Below, piece by piece: positions 1 to 13,674 of a stretch of 64,000 bases of DNA. The notes below the pieces were generated by a model. It was not told the DNA's origin. It did not search any database and worked only from the letters and a program-made list of their open reading frames with translations. The translations under genes and the position numbers were made by a program. The stretch lies in NCBI GenBank assembly GCA_043228905.1, contig JBHGNT010000014.1, positions 14,880,001 to 14,944,000 of the forward strand. Reading direction: 5' to 3'. Origin of the DNA: Azolla caroliniana. Lineage: Eukaryota > Plantae > Polypodiophyta. Every line of letters begins with the position of its first letter. Position 1 is the first letter of the stretch.

Positions 1-84
1 AAGAGGAAGAAGGTGTGTGTGTTCTTCTTCTTTTTTATCTTCTCTGTTTCTTCGTCTTCTTCCATTGGACTGTTGTGGAGGCAG

Positions 85-112
85 AAGAGACAGCCAGAGC
101 AGAGAACAGAGA

Positions 113-153
<41 letters not shown>

Positions 154-780
154 GAACAGAGCAGAGAAGAGAAGAGAGAGAAAGAGAACAGAGCAAAGAA
201 TAAGAGAGTGAGAGTGAGAGAGAGAACAGAGAAGGGAAGAGAGAGAAAGAAAACAGAGCAGAGAAGAGAGAGAAAGAAAACGGAGCAGAGAAGAGAGAGA
301 AAGAAAACAGAGCAGAGAAGAGAGAGAAAGAAAACAGAGCAGAGAAGAGAGAGAAAGAGAACAGAGCAAAGAGAGAGAGAGAGAGAACAGAGAAGAGAAG
401 AGAGAGAACAGAGAAGAGAAGAGAGAGAACAGAGCAGAGAAGAGAGAGAAAGAGAACAGAGCAAAGAGAGAGAGAGAGAACAGAGCAGAGAAGAGAGAGA
501 AAGGCAGAGAAGAGAAGAGAGAGAAAGAGAACAGAGCAAAGAGAGAGAGAGAGAACAGAGCAGAGAAGAGAGAGAAAGAGAACAGAGCAGAGAAAAGAGA
601 GAGAGAGAGAGAGAGAGAACAGAGCAGAGAAGAGAGAGAAAGAGAACAGAGCAAAGAGAGAGAGAGAACAGAGCAGAGAAGAGAGAGAAAGAGAACAGAG
701 GAGAGAGAGAAGCGAGAAGAGAGAGAAAGAGAACATAGGGGAGGAGAGAGAAAGAGAATGGAGAAGAGAGAGAGAGGGGG
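85..780. repeat. GA-rich compound microsatellite/minisatellite (units like GAGAGAAAGAAAACAGAGCAGAGAA)
   Basis: Directly visible purine-rich tandem array; source of the low-complexity RE/SL ORFs. Confidence 0.95.
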
Positions 781-900
781 CTCTAACGGGTAAAGCAGAG
801 TCAACTGTGAACCAATGAAGACCGTCCGATCCAAGGAGTATGGACGGCTCAGATCTGATCTCGGATCCCCCCCCCCCCCCCCCTACATCCTAACGGCTCG
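781..900. promoter_or_regulatory. Cluster of MSA-like (AACGG) motifs
   Basis: TCTAACGG at 782, CCTAACGGCTC at 889, plus variants GACCGTCC and GGACGGCTC. Could also be TE subterminal motifs. Confidence 0.35.
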
Positions 901-3900
901 CTCTCTCTATCCACATTCATTTACATAATTCATTCATTCCCATTATTTCCCCTTTTTATTTTATTTTATTTTATTTATTTTATTTTTCATTTTTTGACGA
1001 CTCTTTTTCTTTTATTCGCTTTTTTTTTTCCATCTGACCCCATCCATATCTTTAATTATCCACCTTTTATTTTATTTTATTTTATTATCGGTCCCGCTGA
1101 CGTGGCCCCGCGACGCATCCTGATTGGACGACGCTCTTTTGCCGTTCTAAAAACTGGAAGAAGGAAGGAAAGGAAAAAGGAGATACGTAAAATCAATCAA
1201 ATTAATTAATGACTACTTTATTAATTTAAATCAAAAATAAATAAATAAACTTTTAACTTCGGGCTTCTGTGTGGGGGGGGGGGGGGGCGCTTTTATTGGG
1301 TCATGCTCTGTTTCATTTATTTTCCTCACTTTTTATTTTGCTCCTTTTCCTTCTTCTTCTTTTTGTCCCCTAAGGTTTAGGTGTCCTTTTTGTTTTAATG
1401 TCATCGAATGTATCGAATGTATATGTGTAATGTGCGTAATGTATGTGTGTAATGTATGCGTGTAATGTATGTGTGTAATGTATACTAATGACAGGATATC
1501 TTCTTCTTTTTAAATATATGTATATGTATATATATATGTATACAGTATACAGTATATGTATATGTATATGTATTTGTATATGTATGTGTGTGTGTAATGT
1601 ATGTACATTCATTGCTCATCTCCCACCCACTTTGTGTTGTCCACAGTCATCTCCATCGTTATTATCACAACCATTTGTTTTTCTCGATACCGTGACCATT
1701 CATTCGCTTTCCTTGATCCTAGAACCACCACTTGTTCTTCCTCGTTGAAACAACCTCCCCAACTGTACGTTATTTCCTGAGAAAAGAAACTTCTAAAACT
1801 GCGAATGATCTTTCTGGAAGTCACATGGAATCTAGAGCGAGAGTCTGTTTGTTGAACTTTTTTGCACCGAAAATCGGATTACCCTTAAAAAGATTCCGAC
1901 CAAATCATTTTTGCTTTTATTGTGGTCGATGGACCACGCGCGAATTGAGAAATATATTTGTATTTCCATTCCTCCATCGAGATCTCGATATGTTCTCTAT
2001 TTCATTAGGGAGTGCAAATAACTATGACTTTTCGACTTTATTGGCTATATAGCAAAATACATGTTGCAATTTAAACAAGGGTCGTGGTGTTTTTATGATT
2101 GGAATTCACGTTGTTTTGTCTTAGTATCCAAATTGGCATAAATGTATATATCGATCAAAGTAGGCTCAAGACGAGGAATTTAAAACTTTCCTCGAAACAA
2201 GACACTTTGGATTTTATAGAGACTTGTTGGTACCCACGTATTTGTAAGACCAAGAAAGACTATTTTATGAATTGTTCTCCGAACATAATATAATGATAAC
2301 AATTGAATGATAGAATAAAGTAAAAGTATGTATTCCTTAAAAAAAGGAAAATGTAAGGTGTCCGGATGATGTTATGGGTATTATGTGAAACTAATAATAT
2401 AATGTTAACCCTAGTTCGTTAATGACAATAATAATGCATGTAGCAATTCTCTAATAGTATATGCAATGAATGTTACAATGTTGAATTCTCTACAACCTTG
2501 GTGCAACATTAGAAATGGGGATCATATTGCTAGAAACAATGCCTTGGAGGTGAGAACCAACTCCCTTCAAGCCATTCCCCATCAAATGATAACATATACA
2601 TTTGACATTTCTTGTTAACTAAAGAAATTAATAGGGATTCACATCAAATTGTGGTTTGAGTTAACTTGACCATTTTTCAATGTGAAAGTGGAAGATGTAT
2701 ATTGACATCACCTTTTGCAAAATGGAAAGGAAATGCCAATGGTAGAGATGAAATTCTAGTTCGTTATAGAAAGGGGTGTTCATTGTCGAAGAGAATTTTA
2801 TATTGTATTGTGAAAGATATCATTCTATCCTACTGTTTACCTTATCTTATGTGGAAGCAAAATTATGATCTTGTATCATTGTACGAACATTTTAGCTTTT
2901 GTGAAGTGTAAAACATAGAAAAATGGTCTCTAGTGATAAAAAAAAGGGTCAAAGTGCAAAAGAATTTATAAATGAGAATGTGATATGCACCATGTGCTTA
3001 TTTTAATGATAACAATCATTCCACTCCATGTTTTGAGGACAAAACTTTATTGTGAAAAATCATGAAAGAAATATAATAACATTGTGTTATGAGAAGAAAC
3101 ACATGCAATACATGATGTTATTATGTTCTTTTATCAAGGGTTCTAATGCAATGATGTACGTTACGAAAATAAGGGACACAAATGCATTTGTGAGTCTATC
3201 GTATATTCATATGAGGTCTATTCTAGTAAGAACCCACTTGTTTCTTCTTCTTCTTCTTCTTCTTCTTTTTCCAAAAAAAAAACTCTTTCCATTAGTTATA
3301 AAATTTTACAAATGAGAAGATTATGTACAAATCCCTGAAGGGACGCAATAGTTCCATCTTATGTGGATGCCCACTGACTCAAAAAAGGGAGAGAACGACC
3401 ATTGTTGGACGAAGGCTATTCGTTGTCTTTCAACTCCGTTTTGGGAACTTTTGGATTTGAGCCGATTTTACACATGACAACCTATATAAGGGATATACAT
3501 GGGTTATATTGTTGAGCTGAATAGAAACCCTCAACCTTCAATTACATGGACAAGGATGATCATAGTATGTTCAAAGAGCAACCACACACAATGCATAATA
3601 AGAGGAGGTCCTCTATTCAAAGCATTCAACACATTAGCAAACCATTTGAAGCATGTAAGAGTTGATATACTATGAATGGAAATTTCATTACTATTACAGT
3701 GGGTGAAGCAATCCAAAAAGATGGAGGAGAACAAGACCAATCCTACTCACATAGGAAACATGACCCTTTGGTGGCCAAGATTATGAAAAGAAGTAAATGG
3801 TCAACAAAATATTAATATTGATGATTTGGCTCACTTATCGGATGGAGGTAAAATTACCATGGTGGAATTATGACCTCGAGAACAATGTTGTTAAAATAAA

Positions 3901-5533
3901 TGACATCTTAGGGGAGGCTCAATAAGCTTGTAACTGATGGATAGGTAAAAGCTTGGTAAATTTAAACTTAAAAATATTTGAACACATATTTTCATTCCCA
4001 GAAGTGCGTTATAGATTTTACGCACAAGGATTATTGTCTAGGACTTTGTAATTGTCGAGGGGGGGGGAGCTTTATTTATTATAAAAAACTATGCAAGGAA
4101 GACTTTGAGGACATTTCAACGTGCACGACTGCCAATATCCATGGAACATAACTAATCACAAACATAGGGGTAGTGTTAGTTAATTAATAGTGCATCACCA
4201 AACTAAGCATTAACTTTTTAGTGAGTGTTCTTGTAGTTGCAAGGTTCTCTAACTAGCCCTTAGGTCATCTTTTGAAGCATACTCTTGCCCATGGCATGTG
4301 GTTCAACCATATCTCGCGCATTGAGTTAGGAGAAATCGATGTCAGGCTATCATTTCGTCGGGGTTCAAGTATAACTTCTAAATAAATAAGAAACAACCAG
4401 CATAATGACATTGTCATTGCAAATGAAGCAATGAGGATATTTTGGGTAATGGGGGAGAGAGGATGAGGAAGCAATTTATGATGACATGTTGAATAGAGCT
4501 GGCCATAAGTAGTTAGCTCTAGACTAAACTCATACGATATCCATGATAGGACCAAAGAGTGGTGAAACCTCTATCTATCATATTTTATCTTCATTTCCTA
4601 AATGTGAATCCAACATAATGATAACTAGTATAAAGCTAGCAACGTTGCACACAAAATGACGATTTAATGAGAGGATTATGGCTAGTATCAAAGTTGCAAC
4701 CTTGCACATCACATGATGATTAACGAGTGTGAACAATGATTAATGACTCTTGCTATTTGTGACTGCTAGGATTGTACAATGCATTACTAGCACATCCCAT
4801 GTGATACTTGTCATTTGAATGTTGTGAGTCGTGACCCCAAGGTTGAAACTTGAGAGATCCTACCTAAAAGAGACATTTGGATGAGATTTATCTTTTTTGT
4901 TTGATCGTGGTGCTTAAGAGAAGAAGACAAGCACGGGAAATATGGATATTCAAATGAGTGAAATTCATGTCACACACAATCAATGTTTAAGTACGAGGGA
5001 GAAGTGAGAGTATAAGGTACATTGATGGAGATTGATTGAATCAAACGAAGAGGCTATTCAAACAATTGCCCAACTCAAAAAAACAAAAAACAAATGTAAG
5101 TCACAATTCACACATGCAAGGTGACCGATTTGAACATGGTTGGCCCACGTTTAGTTTTCAAGTCCCAAATGGCATAACTCTTCTTTGTCCCTTCAACATT
5201 GTCTATAGCCCATAAAATCAGCCAAGCAACCAAAATGTTGATGTTTCATGTTCGGTGCCATAGAACATGAACTAATGACGTCTGGTCCGACATGTTACTC
5301 TATCCAACCTCAAGTGTTATTATGTGTGTGGTTTGGGGGGGGGGGCGAGGGGGACTATCAACACTCCACAAATTTCTGTATTCAAATGGTGAAGACATGA
5401 GAGATGTGAACATTATTTCGGGCGATGCTTTTCCATCTTAGATGTTCACGTGTGGTGCTACTACGTCAACATGGATCGCCAAGTGGGCATATAATATCCG
5501 GGCTCCTTGACATATTTGTTTCAGTGGAAGGAA

Positions 5534-5534
<1 letters not shown>

Positions 5535-5591
<57 letters not shown>

Positions 5592-5840
5592 TACATATAT
5601 ACACACACACACACATAAAACACATACATACATACATACATACATACATACATAAACACATACATACATACATACATACATGCATGCATACATGTAGACT
5701 CACATAAACACATAAACACATTATACATACATACATACATAAACACATACATACATACATGCATACATGTAGACATACATAAACACATATATTATACATA
5801 CATTATTACATACATACATACATACATACATACACACACA
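5535..5840. repeat. (CA)n / (CATA)n microsatellite
   Basis: Directly visible. Confidence 0.95.
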
Positions 5841-5877
5841 TGTATGTACATTGTATGCATATATTACCCACAGATGA

Positions 5878-6210
5878 TCAACGGCTCAATTCCAACAACA
5901 AATTCCTCCCACATCTTCTTCTTCTTCTTTCTCAGTTATATATATGTATATAGTCTATAGATATATAAAAAGAAAAAAGGCTGAAGGCAAACGATTACTC
6001 TGTTATTACTAGAGCAAAAATTAAGCCCATTAAACCACAGAACAGAGTCTCTGAGAGAGAGAGAGAGAGAGAGAGAGAAGAAGAAGAAGAAGAAGAAGAA
6101 GAAGAAGAAGGGAAGGAGGAGCCGTTGCAAGAGGAGAGGAGAGAAGATCGGAGCCGTTGCTCCTCTCCATCCGACGCTGATAAAGCAACCTCTCCCCTTC
6201 ACGCCCGTTG
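5878..6210 (+). promoter_or_regulatory. Mitosis-specific activator (MSA) elements of the cyclin B promoter
   Basis: TCAACGGCT at 5878; reverse copies AGCCGTTG at 6120 and 6152, CCCGTTG at 6204. MSA (core AACGG, bound by MYB3R) is the known G2/M element of plant CYCB genes. Confidence 0.8.
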
Positions 6211-6677
6211 TTGAATGAAATGAAGCCCTTCTCTGCTTCTTCTTTAATCTAGGTTTTCTGCTTCTTCTTCTTCTTCTTCTTCTTCTGTGCGTTAACAGAG
6301 AAGGCGTAACAGGAAGACAGGACAAATATTCAGAAAGCAAGCAGGGATTCCCCCTCCTCCTCCCCCTCCCCCCCCCTCCTCCAGTCCCCCCACATCGCCC
6401 ACATACGATCCAAGGATTGTTGCTCAGCAATTCTTTCCACCCATTTCATGATTCCTTAATTCTGTACGTGGGCAGCTATGGTTTTCTCGAATTGTTCGCC
6501 TCATCATGCTAGTTTAGCTTCTGAATCAATCCTTGATCTCAGTTCCTTCTTCACTGTTTCGACTCAATTCTCCTAATCAAGTTCGATCTGACAAGCTAAT
6601 ATACTAATCAACTCAATCCAATATAAACAAGAAAGGAGAAGGAGGCAAACAACAAAAGAAAGAACCAAACATTGGCT

Positions 6678-9600
6678 ATGGCGATGCCTTATAATACCAA
6701 TAATACTCAGGATGAGCATTACAGAAGAGCATGTCATGAAAACCCCTCTAAAGGTAGGGAGGCAACAAACACCTATGTAATTGACAACTTGACTATCTAC
6801 ATTGATCTAAGATATATATAATAATTAATGGATTGTATCTTTCATGATGATGATGATGCAGGCGGCAAGAATATAAGTAATGGAGGACTGACTAATATTA
6901 GTAACAAGGGTAATGGTGGAGTGATTAATCTTAATAATAATAAGATTAATGGAGCTTTACAATTAGGGAGCAATCGAAGAGCTTTAGGAGATATTGGGAA
7001 CCTTGTCGGTGCACTTTCAGCTCGGTGTATCGTAAGCAAAGATGGATTAATGCAGAATAATCAAGAGTAAGGAGCAAGAAAAATATTTTCTTAATTAGCT
7101 TGTTTGATTTAAAAAGTTCGATCTTTATGGAGATCAGTATTCAGATTCAGATAGGTTGATTTCACTAGGGTTTATCTGAAGTCACTTCTGTCTCTACACG
7201 TGTCAATCTTGGCGTAATATAACTCAGATTAAAAAGGTTGATCTAAAGAAAAACTTGTCGTTGAGTAGATCGCTCTTCTCAGATTGACTTAAAATAGCTT
7301 GAATAGAAAATGTTTGCATTGATACATTTTTTTTATCGGATATAATTTAAATCAGAATTGTCTTCCACATAATTTATAATCAAAGATTGTGTGTTTGCTT
7401 TTCAGAAATATTCCAGTCTTAGATCCAAAGAAGGCAGATCGCTTGATAGGCACAAGGTTAGATCTAAATTCACTCTTCATGCTAATGCCATAGTGTCTTC
7501 TTCTAAAGATTCGACTTTTTCGTGCATTGTTTTTTTAATTCGAACATATGTTGACCACAGAATCCCACCGTATGTTTGAGAAATACAGAATTGAGAAATC
7601 TTTCTAATGATATACATCCACACTATTTTTAATATGATCAATATATTGTTCTAATGATGTGGTATATGTGATACTCGTCAACTAAATTAATGGGATGAAT
7701 ATATGTTTCTAAAGATGTGTGATATGTCCCAAAATATTTTTAATTCAATCCAAACTTTTCTAATGGTATGTCAAATGTGACATATTTAATGTAATGAAAA
7801 CATATTTCCATGTTATACCATATATGAAAAGTAATATGGTAAAAACCTTCCTGATGGTTCAAAATTATTTTAAGGGCATTTTTTTGTTGATCTATTTCTC
7901 GAGTAGGAATTATGGAGATTTCTCATATTACCTAATAATCTGGTGATGGATGATTGTTCAGAAAATTCTGTGCATCGGATGAAGAAACTACAGCACAGAA
8001 TGATGTGACTTTGTCAGTGCGTACAAAGCAACGGAGGACAATGGGAGAAGGACATCATTATTCAGCTCTTAAATCTACTGTCTCACTGAAAAAGAATCCC
8101 ACCTTAACCTCAACTCTTAATGCACGATCCTCTTGTGAGGTGCAGTATCCAATATTAACATTTTTATGTCTAAATGGCAGCTAATTTTGTTCCATCATAT
8201 CCCTTTATACGATATAACTAGGTTTTGAACCGTGATGGTTTTGTAGGCCTATTCATATTGTGGAACGTCATGCATCGAAGTGGAAATGGAAGAAGCTGAG
8301 GAAGTACCAGCATGGGTGGAGAACCTTGATGAGAATGACGCTGGAAATCCATTGGCAGTAGTGGATTATGTGGAAGATATATATGATTTCTATCGAAAAA
8401 CAGAGGTGAAATCTATGATCTTTAGATTCAGAGTTATTTAGTTCCAAATGCTTAATGATTCTTACCATATCTCAATTTCTGTTATAGAAGCAGAGCTGTG
8501 TGCCTGCAGATTACATGTCTCGACAATCAGACATCAATGAGAAGATGCGAGCGATTCTCATTGATTGGTTGATTGAAGTGAGTCATACTGCTATCTACCT
8601 TTGTTTAGGTTTATTTGATCGTTTCAAGCTATATAATCTTATAACTAATTGTTCATATAGGTGCATTTGAAGTTCAAATTGATGCCAGAGACCCTCTTCT
8701 TGACCATTAATCTGATCGATCGGTTCTTGGCTTGCCAAACTGTCGCGAGAAAGAACCTTCAGCTTGTTGGTATTACCGCGATGATGTTGGCATCCAAGTA
8801 TGAAGAGATTTGGGCTCCAGAGGTGAAGGATTTTGTATATATCTCTGATAAAGCTTACACCAAGGACCAAGTTCTTGACATGGTATTTAAATTGGAATTA
8901 TAAAATCAGATGTACACTTTGCATATACATATTGTTTTGGGTACTCATCATGAAATCCATAATGCAGGAGAAACAAATGCTTAATGAGCTCAAATTTAAT
9001 CTCACAGTCCCGACACCGTATGTCTTCCTAGTGCGATTCCTGAAGGCGGCAGGCTCTGATACACAAGTTAAAACCTAAACTTTTTGGATCCCTAACACCT
9101 ATGTGTATAAGCATTCTAAAACTAAATCGATTGTATGTGCATTACATGTCTAAAAACCATCCCATAGATCCGACGCTGCATGTCTTCCTAGTGTAATTCC
9201 TTGAGATGATAGCCTCTCACTCAAGTTAAAACCATGCGCCTAACTCCTATATGTATAAGCTTTCTGAACGAAATTCTTTATACAATATCTGTTTAACTGT
9301 TTGACAGTATAGACTTTCTGATACTTAAACCCTTTATACATTAAACATTTTTGATAATGTAATATCTGCACACCAGAGTTGGTCATTGTGATTTAACCAT
9401 TCTATTGTAAACAACATGAACAAAACAATATGACTCTTCTTATACTTAAACCCTCTGTACCTTAATCATTTTTTACTGTGCGACACCTGAACCGTAAAGT
9501 TATGCATTACGATCTAAGCATTCTATATTAAACAGGTCTAATTGATAAATCTGTGTTGCTTATAATGTTACAGCTAGAGATGCTCTCATTCTTCTTCATA

Positions 9601-10267
9601 GAACTGTGCCTCACCGAATACTGCATGGTGGAGTATCGCCCTTCTCACCTTGCAGCAGCAGCATTATACACTGCCCATCACACTCTCAATCGAATCCCGA
9701 GCTGGAGCACAACTCTGCGACACCATTCTGGCTACACTGAGATGCATTTAAGGTACACAAAGACATACAAACATACAAATACACTTGCATCATTACGTAA
9801 ATAACTTTTGTTTATTCGGTACATTAAATCAAACCTACACCTTAACCCCTAAGCCATCATAAATCCTAGCCTACTAAACTCAACAAAAGAAACATGAGCA
9901 CCGGTGAAACAATGTCTATCTATTTATCTCAGTGAACTTAATAAGGAAGGGCTTACTAAACCCTAATCCACCATCAAACCAATGCCACTCTAAAAACCCT
10001 CTGCAAAATAAAACATGAGGAAAATATATTTTTGAAGGCATACATCTGGATCTTTTCTTTTTACAAATTTTAGGATTTTAAAGGATTAATCTCATTCTTA
10101 ATAGTCACAATGTGTGGGTGTACAGGGATTGTGCATTGAAGATGATGAGCTTCCACCGTGCAGCAAGTCGTGGCAACTTGACTGTGGTGCACAAGAAGTA
10201 TGCTAGCCCAAAGTTTTGCTGTGTTGCCACTCTGGAGCCTTTAGCTTTCTTACCTGTCTTATTATGA
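6678..10267 (+). CDS. CYCB: B-type (G2/mitotic) cyclin, 10 exons: 6678-6753, 6862-7066, 7406-7456, 7962-8139, 8247-8405, 8488-8577, 8661-8882, 8968-9066, 9574-9752, 10126-10267
   Basis: Destruction box RRALGDIGN; NPLAVVDYVEDIY; cyclin box MRAILIDWLIEVHLKF, ASKYEEIWAP; PTPYVFLVRFLKAA; C-terminal VHKKYASPKF. All introns GT-AG and in phase. Confidence 0.95.
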
Positions 10268-11450
10268 TCAGCAATGTTATATACATGCCTTTTTGCCTGT
10301 ATTATTGTGATCAATAATATTATGCAAAACCCTCAATCTTCTCACTGAGGTCTATACTCCTAATACCAACCTTCCCTTGAGTGTTTTATATAACAAAATC
10401 CTATTTAGGGAGGATTCAATCACTTTCTTCATCTTTATCTAAATCACAATTTGGGGGAAACTTGTAAAAGCCCATCTATCTGTTCTGGGGATGGGTAAAG
10501 AAAAGGCCCTCAATAGTTGATTCAAACAATAGTGTATGCATCTTCTGGTAAGATGTTTGACTTATATGTAGTTACAATACATTACAAAGGCAGAGAATAT
10601 TGTTTTGGATTCATTCGGCTCCATAAACAACCATCTTATATAATCTGATTGATTGTATACCAAAACAATTTCATACTTTTCTTGTGATATTGAAATAATT
10701 TTTACAACTGAAATTTAAACTCAATGAATGCTTTTCATCCCACTCTGATAACCACAAATTTGCATAAATTTTATAATCAATCAATCCTTCATAGATAATC
10801 TTTATTGTACAGCAATGAATGACCTTTGCTGAATTTCAACTCATGGATGAAATATGCAATGCAGTTGCAAATTGGGGGGATTGTGTACACATTAAGTTGC
10901 ATTTGGAATTTGGTGTCATTATAGAATTAACCATTGCCCATCTGAGATTCTGTTCTATCATGGAAATGCTTCTTCAACCTAAAAGAAAGCCAGAACTGTA
11001 GGTTTAGGCAAATCAGCTATTCACCAGTTCTTAACCCCATCCTTTTTTAGACTAACCCATTCATTCCCTTCTGTGAGCTTATAATTGAATCCAGCGGCTC
11101 TTAAAATTGCCATGCTTAACTTTTTTTAATTCGATCCTATTGCCTGATTGCCAAGATTATAACAATGTTCTCTACAGTATTAATTCAACCATGTGAACAA
11201 ACTTTTGATCCATGAATCTTACCTCCTCCGATAGCTCCCTGATATCAAAGGGTTGTAGGTCGATCCATTAGATAGACATTTGATTTAAATCTTTTGTGGC
11301 AACCACATGAAAAACATTCTTTTGATAACAATACAAAGGGTTGTAAGTTGTGATCTATGCTGCTACTTACAGCATTTTTTGCTCCATTTCTTCTTTATTC
11401 AAAGTACAAAAACAATATTGAAGCAATTATCTTCTTTATCTTCTTCTAGC

Positions 11451-13610
11451 TTAGGAAATAGACGGATTTGAAGTAGGCAGCGTTATGGAGAGGGAATTAA
11501 AGAGGGGAGAAACAGAAAGAGAAGAGTATGGTCTAGAGATGGGGAAATTGGAGTCAATGAAAGAAACAGAATTTGTAGGATCAGAAGATAAAGAAGAAGA
11601 AGAAGAAGAAGAAGAGAGGGCATGAAGGATTTGTCTCATTGAAGGGCGAGAAGAAGGTTGATGATGGCAGCAAGCTATACTCAATTTAAGAACTAATTCC
11701 AACTGCCTCTCATCAAAACCATTGGTTTCCATTAAATTCACCCCTGCAGCCTCTATCAATCTATTCTCCTCATAAAGGTTCCACAGCCAATTGAGATTCT
11801 CTGAGGATAATCTCCTCCCAGTGGCAACTTCCATAGCCACTGCACCGAAGCTATATACATCCGACTCTTTTGTAATCATTTGGAAACATTCAGGCGCCAT
11901 GTATCCGGGAGTGCCTGCAATGGTGAATGTCTGCGTGCTCTCGCCTGAAGTTCCGTCGTGGATTCCGCCGCCCGGATGGAATATTCTGTCCTGATTCTTG
12001 ATCAATCTCGCGAGGCCGAAGTCGCCTAGCTTCGCATTGAACTCGGCATCGAGCATTATGTTGGCCGGCTTTAGGTCTCGATGCACAACCACCGCCTCCC
12101 ATTCTTCATGGAGATACACAAGGCCCGAAGCCACGCCTGTCAGGACATGGTATCGTGCTGCCCAGCTGAGGATATTCTGGGCCGAAGATTCCATCGATTG
12201 CCCATCTCGACCGGCGACATTAAGCCACCTGTCCAAGCTCTGGTTGGGCATATACTCATACACTAACAGAAGTTTCCCTCTCCAATGATCATAACTCCAG
12301 CCAAGGAGCTGAACCAGGTTTTTGTGCCTCATCCTTCCTATGCTTAGGATCTCTGCCTTGAACTCTCTCTCCCCTTGCTTTGAGTTCTCTGCCAATACCT
12401 TCACAGCCACATCTACACTAGTTTGACAGTTAATGCTCTTCTTATTATGATCTAACTCCAGTTTCCCTCTATATACCGCCCCAAATCCGCCTTGCCCAAG
12501 CTTGCACTCTGTGCTAAACCCTTTGGTTGCCTTCTTTAGATCCTTATAAGCAAACCTTCGAGGTCCATAGCCAAGATTGTTCAGATTATGAAGCGAAAGA
12601 TTAGATCTCAACCTCCTTCTCTTGGGAAGCACAAGCAAGAAAACAGCCACAGCTACAATTGCCAGGGCTAGGGCTACGGAGCCGACCGAGAGGCAGATGA
12701 TAACAAGAACCGACATGGAAGAAGGACTAGGGAAGGAAGTGGAGCTGAAATTCCAGTTAGTCACACAATGGGTTTCTTTGAATGTACCAGTGGATGCCGA
12801 GAAGCCGACGAAGACATCTTCCGGAAGGTGCTCGCGAAGATCGATCGAAAACCTAGAGAGAACAGGGACCGATGGCTTGTCCCGTTGGGCCGAGCCTTGA
12901 TTGGCGAGGTACACATCGAGCTCATGGCGATGGCCATCGTAATCGATCCACACACTAGTGTTAAACCCATTGATGTAATCATCAAGTGTGATATTCAAAG
13001 GGGTGAGGGATTGCTGCCATACAGAGTTTTCTGTGGAATTGATGTCGATGCCGAGATGGTTACCGTCGGGATCGGAGGGGGTGTCTTTGAAGGTATCAAA
13101 CTCGATCGCGACGAAACGGTTTGTGTAGGAAGAGTTGAGTAGGCCAAGGAAGGGGCCATAGCTAGCTTGGATGTGGGCAGCAGGGGAAGGGGAGAGGAAG
13201 AAGGCCATGCCACCTCCAGATATGGTGGTGCTGCCCCCATCTTGGGTGGGGCCCATGTTGATCATGAAGGAGGTGTTGAAGGAGGAGGTGTAGTTGTAGG
13301 ATGGGTCCCATAGGCGGAGCCTCGTGGCGTACGTGATCTGGCCCGAAGTGTTCACCACCGCGGCGCTCGATGACCCGCTGTCGTAGGTCACTTGCAATGC
13401 CCCGTTCTGGACGCCCGACGTTAGGGCCGAGAAATTGAAGGCGATGGTGTCGCCCTGCAAGAACTTGTCGAAGGAGAAGCCGATGCGCCCGGCTTCTCCC
13501 TCATCTCCTCCTAGTGCCGAGAAACCGTGGAAACACAAGGTGCACAAGACAATGTAGAGGAGGATGAGACTACTGAGATTGATGGGGGCCAGATTAAGGA
13601 GGTGCACCAT
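11451..13610 (-). CDS. L-type (legume) lectin receptor-like kinase, intronless, 719 aa
   Basis: Signal peptide; legume-lectin motifs (SFNTSF, FVAIEFDT, NHLGIDIN, VWIDYDG, VFVGFSASTG); TM helix; GPRRFAYKDL; kinase GQGGFG, VAVK, HRDLKPANIM, DFG, GTPGYMAPE. Confidence 0.96.
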   Translation of the reverse strand: MVHLLNLAPINLSSLILLYIVLCTLCFHGFSALGGDEGEAGRIGFSFDKFLQGDTIAFNFSALTSGVQNGALQVTYDSGSSSAAVVNTSGQITYATRLRLWDPSYNYTSSFNTSFMINMGPTQDGGSTTISGGGMAFFLSPSPAAHIQASYGPFLGLLNSSYTNRFVAIEFDTFKDTPSDPDGNHLGIDINSTENSVWQQSLTPLNITLDDYINGFNTSVWIDYDGHRHELDVYLANQGSAQRDKPSVPVLSRFSIDLREHLPEDVFVGFSASTGTFKETHCVTNWNFSSTSFPSPSSMSVLVIICLSVGSVALALAIVAVAVFLLVLPKRRRLRSNLSLHNLNNLGYGPRRFAYKDLKKATKGFSTECKLGQGGFGAVYRGKLELDHNKKSINCQTSVDVAVKVLAENSKQGEREFKAEILSIGRMRHKNLVQLLGWSYDHWRGKLLLVYEYMPNQSLDRWLNVAGRDGQSMESSAQNILSWAARYHVLTGVASGLVYLHEEWEAVVVHRDLKPANIMLDAEFNAKLGDFGLARLIKNQDRIFHPGGGIHDGTSGESTQTFTIAGTPGYMAPECFQMITKESDVYSFGAVAMEVATGRRLSSENLNWLWNLYEENRLIEAAGVNLMETNGFDERQLELVLKLSIACCHHQPSSRPSMRQILHALSSSSSSSSLSSDPTNSVSFIDSNFPISRPYSSLSVSPLFNSLSITLPTSNPSIS

Positions 13611-13674
13611 TTGCTTATGTGAGTGAATTGGGTCCTTTTTTGTTGTTGTTGGGGGTGTTATGGCTTGTCAATGC

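Noticed and set aside
15-738. ORFs of 176-233 aa (RE-rich, SL-rich)
   Set aside because: Translations of the GA microsatellite; no domain.
5425-5799. HT/CV/MY-repeat ORFs
   Set aside because: Translations of the (CA)n/(CATA)n microsatellite.
11791-13240. Several overlapping or antisense ORFs inside the LecRK
   Set aside because: Expected by-products of GC-rich coding sequence.
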